A stretch of 64,000 nt of DNA from assembly GCF_964204645.1 (NCBI RefSeq), contig NC_134032.1, positions 3,248,175-3,312,174 on the forward strand. Direction: 5' to 3'. Below are positions 22,186-31,798 of this stretch, piece by piece. The notes below the pieces were generated by a model. The model saw nothing but the letters and a program-made list of their open reading frames with translations. It was not told where the DNA came from and did no database searches. The stretch is from Tubulanus polymorphus (lineage: Eukaryota > Animalia > Nemertea). Each line of letters starts with the position of its first letter. Position 1 is the first letter of the stretch. Made by a program: the position numbers and the translations under genes.

Positions 22186-22791
22186 ATGGGAGGTGAAAAG
22201 AAAATAAAATCTAAAAATGGTGATGTTCCAATTGAAAAAACTTTAGATGATTTAGGAATAACAGAAACAAAATTAACTCCAGATGATGGTGCTTTAAATA
22301 ATGTTACAACAAATAATAATTATGAATATTATCTTTATTGTAAACATCAATTAGAAATATTAATAGCATCTGGAAAATGTAAAAATTTTGTCGGTAAAAA
22401 TTTAACTTATAATGAATTAGACACAATGAAATCAGATGAAATTATTAGATTATTTAAGATTTATGAAGCCGCGAGAACAGCTAGAATTAATGACGCGATA
22501 TCAGAAAATGTAGTAAAAGGTTATAGTAAATTATGTAATTATATACTACCAATTGAAAATGAAAATAGATTATATTCTGATTTAAAAAATGATTATTTAG
22601 TTATGACTGAATTAAATAAATGGATTGGATATTTATCATTTCAATTAGGTGGATTTATGACATTATTATCAACTGGAGTTATAACATTTTCAAATATTGA
22701 AAGTAAAGATATTTCTATAATAAATGAGCGAGGTGAAAGAAGTGAAGGAATTAACTGTGAAGAAAAAACCGAGAACTCAGAAACAAATTGA
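22186..22791 (+). CDS. Hypothetical viral protein
   Basis: 201 aa, TAAATG start, hydrophobic segment near the C-terminus. Confidence 0.75.
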   Translation: MGGEKKIKSKNGDVPIEKTLDDLGITETKLTPDDGALNNVTTNNNYEYYLYCKHQLEILIASGKCKNFVGKNLTYNELDTMKSDEIIRLFKIYEAARTARINDAISENVVKGYSKLCNYILPIENENRLYSDLKNDYLVMTELNKWIGYLSFQLGGFMTLLSTGVITFSNIESKDISIINERGERSEGINCEEKTENSETN

Positions 22792-23092
22792 ATGGTCTCG
22801 GCAATTAGGAATTAAATCACAAGAATATAAAAAAGCTGTAAAAGAAAAAATAAGTAATAAAAATGTTAATAAAAATGGTGAAAATATTGTTATTTCTACT
22901 CCTTCTGATAATAGAATATTTGATAAATATTTATATTTTACAGTTGGATTTGTAATTGTATTCATTTTGATTGGGTGTAATTGGTATAAGAAATCAAATA
23001 AAATTCATGATATTAGTAATTCTGAACCAACTGCTATCAAAAATGAAAGTACTTCTGAAATTCCAAAATTGATAATAAAAAAAATGGATTAA
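22724..23092 (+). CDS. Basic single-TM viral protein
   Basis: 122 aa, KKPRTQKQIEW basic N-terminus, TM YLYFTVGFVIVFILIG; TAAATG start inside the previous gene. Confidence 0.7.
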   Translation: MSEVKEVKELTVKKKPRTQKQIEWSRQLGIKSQEYKKAVKEKISNKNVNKNGENIVISTPSDNRIFDKYLYFTVGFVIVFILIGCNWYKKSNKIHDISNSEPTAIKNESTSEIPKLIIKKMD

Positions 23093-23455
23093 TATTTTAG
23101 AAAAAAAGCAAAAAAAAAAATAATTGAATATCTCACTACTTTTGTCTATCACTGTGGAGCAATTAAATTGTCCAGATAAGTCATTTCGGATTCTAGATAT
23201 TCATTATTTTATTAATTTATTTTGTTTTTATTTGAATATTTGAATTTGAATTTGTTAATCAATTAACATAGTAATTGATTACTAATTTGATTAAAAATTA
23301 TATCATAATGAAGTTAAAAATACATAATTCATTTATCAGTTTTCATTCTTACATTCTTTTCATTCGGAATAATCTATAATTTCAAATTTCACATATTTTT
23401 TTAGCACCAACAACATTTACTTAGGTGTTTTAGCTAAGTATATAAGGTAATTCAT

Positions 23456-23720
23456 TCAACCACTGGAGTAGCTCTGGCCAGCAGAGGCATTTTGAAAATG
23501 CACCTTCGTCCACTCTCCGGGTTTCTCCTTCGGTTTCGAATTTCGAGGTTGGTAGAAATTACATTAGGCGCCTTTAATATAATGTGATTTCTACCAATCA
23601 TTGAAGGAGATCCCGGTTGACGTGGGTCGCCGGGGGTGTAAGTAGAAATGACGGGGGATAAGCGTCCCGTGGCGCCTTTCAATAATGGGATGCTTATCCC
23701 CTGAAAACTCTGTAGGTTGA
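23456..23720 (+). ncRNA. Predicted structured non-coding RNA of the element
   Basis: Closing stem 23456-69/23707-20, long interrupted hairpin 23499-23640, 19-bp hairpin 23652-23703; ~12 G-U pairs on + strand; shared loop GGCGCCTTT(C)AATA. Confidence 0.65.
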
Positions 23721-24075
23721 GGATAGGGCAATTTTGCTAAAACTTACCGTAAAAACATTGAAATATTCCTTTTAATCACGAGAGAATGATGACTATCCTC
23801 CTGTCGTCACGGCCGAGCTAATTTAAATAAACCTCGTTTTCAGCAACTAATGAAAACGCAGTAATTCAATACCAGCTAACTGGTTTGTGTGTGTTGTATG
23901 TACTGCGTGCTTATTATATAACAACAACGTTGTGCAACACCTGTTTGATTGATCAATATTCAAATAAAGCACTCTCTTATAATAATATGTAACAGATGTA
24001 CTGTATGATTATAGTTGTTTATAAAACGACTAAGGTCATTTTGGATTCTAGATATTCATTATTTTTATTTCTTAT

Positions 24076-24402
24076 TTAATCAACAATTTCTAAATCATGA
24101 TGACCGTCTTCATTTTTCCCATGATATATTATTTTAAATCCTACTAAATCTTTCAATTCCTCCATACTCAATGAAACCCATTTATCGGGTAAAAACACTT
24201 TAAATTCTCGTGATGTACTAACATTACAGTAGCTTAAATTAGCTGATTCTTTCTCTCCATATTTAGTTTTTATCTTTTCTAATTTCAATATTTTATGTTC
24301 AATTTCTTTTGTAACATCAACTAACTTTTTTATTTCAAATTGTTTTTTTGCTGGTTTTATTCTGTTATTTATTGTTGCTAAGAATGCTTTTCTATCTCCC
24401 AT
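24076..24402 (-). CDS. Hypothetical basic viral protein
   Basis: 108 aa, preceded by a copy of the TIR motif CTCATCACCACAAGTAAT...CCTAATAAATG. Confidence 0.7.
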   Translation of the reverse strand: MGDRKAFLATINNRIKPAKKQFEIKKLVDVTKEIEHKILKLEKIKTKYGEKESANLSYCNVSTSREFKVFLPDKWVSLSMEELKDLVGFKIIYHGKNEDGHHDLEIVD

Positions 24403-24510
24403 TTATTAGGAAAACAAATTACTTGTGGTGATGAGTAATTACTTCCCTTGTATATAACAAGCTCACAGCATCTATTTATCCGGGTACAGTTGACACACGC
24501 GCAGCTGTTG

Positions 24511-24714
24511 TTACGCGCACTCACTGTTTATGTATGTCACAATTTTACTACGTAATATTTCTAAAATTTCAATTGCATCTTTTATTTCTAATGAATCAAT
24601 ATAATTTCTAACATTTTCCATGTAAGGTTTATCGATGTATTTTTTACAATATGGGCAATAATATTGATTTTCATTAACATCACTTTTTTCTGTTTGGAAC
24701 TCACTGTCTCCCAT
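24511..24714 (-). CDS. Short paralogue of the pPolB N-terminus
   Basis: NQYYCPYCKKYID-KPYMENVRNYIDSLEIKD matches PolB aa 1-28 joined to aa ~126-155. Confidence 0.65.
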   Translation of the reverse strand: MGDSEFQTEKSDVNENQYYCPYCKKYIDKPYMENVRNYIDSLEIKDAIEILEILRSKIVTYINSECA

Positions 24715-24831
24715 TTATTAGGAAAAAAAAATTACTTGTGGTGATGAGTGTTAGGAAAAAAATTACTTGTGGTGATGAGTGGTGTCTCGCCCTCTCGCCC
24801 TCTGGTATGAAACCCCACTTTTCTAATTACT
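24710..24831 (-). repeat. Right terminal inverted repeat
   Basis: Mirror of 9023-9143, followed by TSD AACGGC. Confidence 0.95.
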
Positions 24832-25447
24832 AACGGCAGCACATCAAATTCGTGAAGTCCGAAGAGGACGGCATCGATAACAGGTTTCTAATAAAATTTC
24901 TCATATGTTTATTTACAGTACCAAGAAAAGCTAAACATTTACAATACGCTACAAATAGGTATGCACGTGTCCACAAAATGCAAACCTCGTCTCAAAGGTA
25001 GAAAATATTCTATTTAGTATTGGTGAGTTTACAAAACTTGCACAAAACCTGACATGACGATTGGGAGAAATTGAGACCGACCAAGCAATGAGCCCCGACG
25101 ACCGCGCACCGATAATACAATAAAACATGAGGGCGTAACCTGGAAACGGATATGCCATGACACTTGAAGGCGGACAAATAACACAAAATACAACTACACC
25201 AGAGAACGACAATTCGGTGAAATAAGTTAACACGAAATATGTAGAGTACTGACTAAAGAACGGTTTAGACAAAAGCTTGACTACAATAATATAGAATACA
25301 TGCTGAAAAGCTGAAATAACGGGTTTTCCGCCTCGTTGGGTTAGATATCTACCATCATGCGTAAAGAGTTTGGTTGAAAGCGGCAGAAAACCCTGATAAG
25401 AGGTCGTTTCATCGCTGGGTACATCCAGCGGATCTCCGGCCTTCATA

Positions 25448-26812
25448 TCAAATATCTCGCACGGCAAGCGACGCGAATGAGTAAACTAAATGCAAAACAC
25501 CGACGCCTACAAAAATATACGGATATCCGAGAACCGGCTGAAGCGCCCCGATTATCAAGAGGCAAACATTACCGACGATTCGCGATACAGCGGCATCCAA
25601 CGCGTAAATCGTTTCGTAATTGCCGTCGAATTTCCGGTCGGCGACGTCCGAAAGCCACGAAAAATAGAAACTGTTCAAAAGCGCGAACGCCACAGTGCTG
25701 ACGAAATGCGGACCGAAAGACTGCCAGATGTTACCGATGAACCGATACCAGACGAACGCGCAGGCGATCGCCAGACAGTAGACTGTTAGATAAATCCATC
25801 GATAGCGACGGGTGACCGCGACGATTATTCCGAAGAGGAAATTCGTGCACAAAAAGAAAATGGCCGCCGATACGAGTAAAACGGTGGCGAGTTGCCAATT
25901 ATCGGCTTTTGAAAAACGCGAGATCAGCAACGGCGCAAAAACTACGTTCATATTTGCACTCGTGACAAAAAGGCATTTCAGACCGATCAACACTAACGTC
26001 TGTGCGTCTGTCAACATCGATTTTACGACGCTGCTCTGCAGAATTTCTTTCACAATCTCGTCTGCAGGTGTAGACGCCCGATTGTTATCGATTTTAATGA
26101 AAGCGCGAATTACCATTATCACCACCGCTACCGCGAATAGTATCCAGAACGGCACAGCGCCATCTAGCGATTTTATTTCGTATAAACGTCCGCCGTATCC
26201 GAACGCTGTACCGGCGAATATGCAGCTGTAAACAAGGTTTAACGCTAAAACGCGACCGGACTCCCTAGCGACGAATGCGATGGCGACCATCGTCGAGCCG
26301 GCGTTCAGAACGACGGCGCGGGAAAACCCGAATACGAAGTTCAGAATCGCCAGCGACCACCAGTGACGCGACGCGAACACGGAGGAGAGAATAGCGACCA
26401 GCGCCGACACCAGTCCGAACCAGAACGGTAAAACGTGGCCGTATCGAAAAGCGAGACGTCCTGAGACCAGGTTTCCGACGATGAGTCCCGTGTCGTAGAA
26501 GACTTTAGTAACGGCGACGCTGATGCCGATATGAGGATGGTCGGATACGCGCGTTCGGTTGTTGTAGAATCCGTCTTGTATGTCGGCGACCTCGGCCATC
26601 AACGTCCCGCACCCTGTGTTTATAACGAGCGACGCGGCGCTTACGATACACACTATCAGTACCGGAGTCGCCCGCGAGCGAACGTCGCATTTCGTCTGCG
26701 TTTCTCCGCCCTTCGTATTTTCGTCGTCGGTCAGAGATCCGTAATCCGGGTCACCGATGGTTGACGGATGGTTTTCGAACAAACGTTCTTTCATTTCGAC
26801 TTCGTTGCTCAT
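25448..26812 (-). CDS. Intronless MFS transporter, SLC18 (vesicular amine transporter)-like
   Basis: About 12 TM segments; GRLAFRYGH (MFS motif A-like), YETIYAL...VLGYPY resembles SLC18 TM11-12; first ATG at 26812; AATAAA on minus strand at 24913-24908. Confidence 0.8.
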   Translation of the reverse strand: MSNEVEMKERLFENHPSTIGDPDYGSLTDDENTKGGETQTKCDVRSRATPVLIVCIVSAASLVINTGCGTLMAEVADIQDGFYNNRTRVSDHPHIGISVAVTKVFYDTGLIVGNLVSGRLAFRYGHVLPFWFGLVSALVAILSSVFASRHWWSLAILNFVFGFSRAVVLNAGSTMVAIAFVARESGRVLALNLVYSCIFAGTAFGYGGRLYEIKSLDGAVPFWILFAVAVVIMVIRAFIKIDNNRASTPADEIVKEILQSSVVKSMLTDAQTLVLIGLKCLFVTSANMNVVFAPLLISRFSKADNWQLATVLLVSAAIFFLCTNFLFGIIVAVTRRYRWIYLTVYCLAIACAFVWYRFIGNIWQSFGPHFVSTVAFALLNSFYFSWLSDVADRKFDGNYETIYALDAAVSRIVGNVCLLIIGALQPVLGYPYIFVGVGVLHLVYSFASLAVRDI

Positions 26813-28698
26813 GTTTCTGTTCTCGGAAATATACAATAGAACTTACTTAATTCGGGTCACCTGCGACTGGCCCGATTTAGCGCTATCATTCGAATAGTCG
26901 AAATAACTTAAAAACGAACTGGAATTCTAGCCCGGAATAAGTGAAACTCCGAAAATGAATCGATCGGAATTGCGCGAGTTATTACTGTAGCTGTAGAATT
27001 TCAAGTCAGTGTAATACATTTCCAGTCGTTCCAGATATAGTTCGGTGCAGAAATGGCCCGGTGCTGAAGTGCTACGTTGTATGGTCGAACTGTGGCCTTT
27101 ATATTCACTATTCAATAAGTTATATAGGCCAACAGTAGTACTTCGAAGTCACCTTACCATAAGGTGATATGAACAATGTAGTTTAATGCCTATAATATAA
27201 TAACATTCATAGGTCGGCCTACTTTATTACAGTAATGTGTATGCATTGCTTCAATGAAATTTATTTTCACATTTTTTGGAAAAAAAAATTCGTATGTATA
27301 TGTTAGTATTAAATTGATTTACTTACGATAATAATTGGACTAGATAATTAACCTGTATGTTTTTTGATAATAAATAAAATTCTGCCTGCCTGGTGCAGAG
27401 TTTCCATAAATCTGTGTTGTTTCTTTTGATAAATAAAAAAAACCCTCTGCAACGCGATCTCAAATGTTTTGATACTTTCTCAGTTTGTACCAAAAATATT
27501 GCCAATTTTTGGTCCTCCAGTCCTGAAAAGTTATTTATTTTCAGCACAAATTCATACAAACGTGTCATCTATACCACAAAACACTATATTCGCGGACCAA
27601 TTTATGATGTATGTGTGGGCCTATCTATCGTCAATATCTGCCTGTGATCACAACTTTCAATTAAGATTACGTAAGCTACTCGTGCACAAAACGCGGCAGG
27701 CGCACAATAGAAACTACGCGGTATGTGTACTTTTATTATCGCCGACAAAGAGGACCGATATTTCGCAAATTGGATTCGGGAGGTTTAAACCTCCCAAGGT
27801 CAAATGTCCAAAATCGTGACCTTCAGGGAGATTCTACGAAAGGCCGATCGTAATCCATGTTGGTTGAACTTGATACCATAATGCTCAATGGTTTGAATGT
27901 CAAACCATAGTCCGTATTTGGTAAAAGTTGTAAATTACTTAAAACCGAAAGAAATACCCACTATTGGATCAAGTTTTTCCTAATTACACAAATTACTTGA
28001 AATATCCACGTAATGAAATGTCTACACAATACCAAGAACAACCTGATTTTATTCTGTACGGAATTCATTCCTATATTTTCGTCATTATAATCGGAGGCAG
28101 TATTTCTCATTGATTTTTTCAATAGCGTCATTTCAGCCATGGACTGTAAAAAAAAACGTTACTGATTCCATGGTAACAAGCTCATCTCCCAGCAGAATAT
28201 TGCATTTGATTCCTTTCTCGTTGTGGTTTTGTCAAAGCTATATTTTCACAGTCCGATCAGTGATGCAAATAGCTAGTCAGTAACGTTATAACCAATAATC
28301 TACAGAACCACCCGAATTGTCATATATTTTGTTTCACAGGAACAAAGCTTCTATGCATAACCGAATATTCGATGACCCTGAGTTAAAACTTGCTCCTTTA
28401 TAATGTTAAGATATCGTGAAAATGATCACAGGTTCGAACCAAAAATAAAAACGAATTATTCTTAACAGATTTTTGCAAGTACGATATTATGAGAGATTAT
28501 ACAATAACCGATTGCTCTACATGGCAAATATCAAACGTAATACCCTTATATTGCATGGGTTTTGCATTGTAATTCGTTAACGCGTAGGCCGATGTTAAAC
28601 CTCGTTTTGCATTTTTCCCGTATCAGCAAAGCCTAGGCGTAGTTCGACTTTCAACGCGATCATCTTATAATATCTTTCAATGCTTCTAGTGAGCCCAC

Positions 28699-28884
28699 TT
28701 ACTTCAAGCCTTGGTTGGCCTTATAGAGTCGACTACGATTAGTGCTATCGATAGCTTTAACAATCTCTTTTTGCCAAATGGTTTCCTTTTCACTGGGGAT
28801 ACATGGGAACCAATTAGATGTTTGTTGCTTGATGAATGCTAACTTTTGTGGATCAAGCTTACCTTTGGCTTTCACGCCGTTCAC
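28699..28884 (-). pseudogene. BEN-domain fragment
   Basis: GKLDPQKLAFIK...W...VKAIDSTNR fits the C-terminal half of a BEN domain; no upstream part visible. Confidence 0.55.
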
Positions 28885-30354
28885 CTTCTACCTCGAATGT
28901 CATCAAGACTAAACCCCCGTGAAGCTGGCACCTGGTTCCCGGTTGCCGGTTCAGCTCCCAATTCAAAATCATTTTGAATCGGGAGCCGAACCAGTAGCTA
29001 GCTACCGGTTCCCGGTTCCCAGTTCGGCTCCCAATTCAAAATGTCACTTTCCTGTATATTTTGAACCAGTAGCTGAACCAGTAGCCCGTCAGTAGCCGGG
29101 GTCAAGACTAAACAGTTCACAACATAGTTTACTGACAAAACATGTTCTAGACCCTTTACTTTTATATACAAGATTTCTCAGAGATATAATTGAAAAATAT
29201 TCCACTCTACCGGCATCAACTGCTACATGTCGTTAGAAACCACATCAGACGTGAAACGCTGTATTGGTGAATCAAATGGCACATTCAACATTGCAGTGGC
29301 ATTTTTGCCAGCTGGGCTTGTAATGGGTTTAGTAGAATCAGAAATACTGGCATTTTCAATCAAATATGCCTGCAAACAGTTTACATTAGATTCCGCAGAG
29401 ACATCAACAAAGTAATCACTACCGTACATGAAAAGAATTGTGCCATTTTATCCTGTGAAGTACATTGGGAGGAATCGGTCTGTACAGAATCTCTGGATAT
29501 CTTAAGCAGGCAAATTTCCACTTCAATGAGGCTTTTACGTGAAGCGCTCATCATCATTATCATTATCATTATCATTATCATCGTCCATCGTTATGGTCGT
29601 CGAAATATAATTAAAAATTCAGGAAACAGTACAGGTTTACTAGACTCAGGCACCGCAGTGGTCCGTAGTGTGTGATTAAGAAATCTATATTCCGGCGGTG
29701 AATACGCGTTACTTAGTATTTTCTATTTCATAGAATTCCCGCTATCGTTATTCATAGGGGCAGCACTGATCGGTTGAGATCTAGCAGAGTCGCCCATCTG
29801 CTGTGTCATGTAAGGAATATAGACTACGCAGGCCAGATTACGCTTCTTGTGCCCGGTTCTGCCATCCTCGCTTGCCGGGGTTTGATTGCCTCCCGCCGAA
29901 GCTATCGTCAAAATTCATTATTATGAACGCCAATATTGATTACGTAGTGCACATCGACTCGCACAGTACCCCCGTAAATAACGCGTTTTAAGCATCAATG
30001 CATATTAAAATTATTGTGACGGGTTTAAAGGCGTCAAACAGGGTTAGGGTTAGGATAACGTCCTCTATTTGACCTCGTGAACATTGATTTATGAGGACTA
30101 GAGAAATCTCACAATAACGAAGCCAAGATTTGAAAATTCTTTATCAGAATGATTGTATTTGATGAGCGACGTTTCGGCTAACAACTGTTAGCCATCATCA
30201 CACGTACTGAGAACAAAATCAAATGACAGGATATTTATACAAGAATATGACAAATGATAAAGATTAAAGGATTAAAATTAAAGTAATTAAATAACACTAA
30301 GGAAGAAAACAAAGAAGACAAACGACAAACTCAGGGGATGTAGTGCGAGATTAA

Positions 30355-31798
30355 AGGGTAACTGACACTTTTTAAAAGATTTTCTACTTTTTACACTAAA
30401 CGATATATTATAGTATACAATAAGGCTAGGTGATTTCATAATTGGACAAATCTTTTCAATCTAGTCAGAATTGATGATTTTGATGTTCGCGCACCTGTTC
30501 AGTGTATGCATTGCTTCTGCTGAACGCGTTGTACTGTGTCTATTAATAGAACTACGTCACTAAAGTAACGGCTCGGAAATGATGTCTATAGAAATGAATA
30601 GGAAATAAGCTACAAGAGCAATTCAACTTAATTTCAAACCTATTTGGCATTCGAATTGAGCCAAAATGCCTCTTGATTTTGAAAGTCTACATATTAATGA
30701 TTATAATTAGCTGTTGAACGGACCATATCCGTTCAAACTAAGCGCAAAAATAGGATTTGAATAGCAATCCATGGCATTTTCTAGTAGACACCAGGGAACA
30801 TGGATGTTTACATCATCGTTTTGTAATATCATTTAGTGATAGTAAGTAAGATCATGGTTAGATCTAAGAATATTTTGACTAATGAACTGATGATGAAACT
30901 TAGACAGAATTAGCCGCAAGAATAATTTCAATTCTTTTCTTGAAATATACCTCGTATTGGTAGCGGCTTTGGTCACAAAATACGAATATTTCCTCATCCA
31001 TCCTATTTTAAAACTAAGAAATAACGTTTGTGAAAGATTTGTGATGTAATCTATCAAAACTCTTCTGCAGCGTGAAACTTTAATCGAAAAACATTATTCC
31101 TTTGAATATTTGTTGTAAAGGCTGTAGAAATTTATGAAAGTTTTTGTAGAGTTTTGAAGTGTTAGTTTTAAAACTAGGCCTACTTAGTCTTAAATGACTT
31201 TGAAAAATAGTAAATAGTAAACGAATATGAATCTATTTATTCTTTAGCGAGATCGAAATCTGTGATTACATAAGACACTGTAGTATGCTTGTGGTGCTGA
31301 ACTATAGGTGAACTATGGAGCAGCAGTAACAGTGCTGAGAGCTTAGCATAGTGTACTTTAAAATAGCTTCATAGCAGCGGATTGAAATCTGCATCTTCAA
31401 TTTGATCGATTTAGCCTATTCAAATTACTCATTGATTCTTTGAAATAGGTTTATGCAATAGACAATAGATCCTTTTAACTCCCTGGCCAGTTTCAAAGCT
31501 GTAAAACAATCTGGCATTGAGATATAACAGAAAATACACGCAGTTTCCTCAAAATTCAACGCATTTCTATAGACGCTATTTCTCAGCTCTGCCTGTAATG
31601 ACGTTGCAGCGCGCACCTGCTGATTAGCCGACGCTGAACAGTAAGCGATGTAAACAACGAAATGAGGTCAAAAATCTTGTTACAAAATCACAAATTGCGC
31701 GTTAACTAAACATTTTGGAACAGAACGGTTGAAGATGAGTGTATAGATCAATAGAATACATCATACTTTGAAATAAAAAAAAAAGTGTCAGTTACCCT
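30355..31798. mobile_element. Non-autonomous DNA transposon, Kolobok-like
   Basis: TIR AGGGTAACTGACACTTTTT / AAAAAGTGTCAGTTACCCT, TTAA on both sides (30351-54, 31799-802), purine-purine 5' end, no transposase ORF. Confidence 0.85.

Larger units (their letters stand above)
9023..24831. mobile_element. Integrated Polinton/Maverick-like dsDNA virus, internally deleted
   Basis: 5'-AGT...ACT-3' ends, TIRs, 6-bp TSD AACGGC at 9017-9022 and 24832-24837; pPolB, minor and major capsid-like genes; intronless, tightly packed, far more AT-rich than the flanking host genes. Confidence 0.97.

Noticed and set aside
23452-23682. 76-aa minus-strand ORF over the GC-rich island
   Set aside because: Non-ATG start, no TAAATG, composition unlike the element's genes; base-pairing explains the region better.
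23456-23720. tRNA or hammerhead ribozyme identity for the structured RNA
   Set aside because: No CTGANGA core, no proper B box or cloverleaf found by eye.
9023-24831. Contaminant or mis-joined viral contig
   Set aside because: Matching 6-bp TSD directly outside both TIRs shows a true integration.
24949-25467. 172-aa minus-strand ORF after the transporter
   Set aside because: Non-ATG start, no motifs, lies in the probable 3' UTR.
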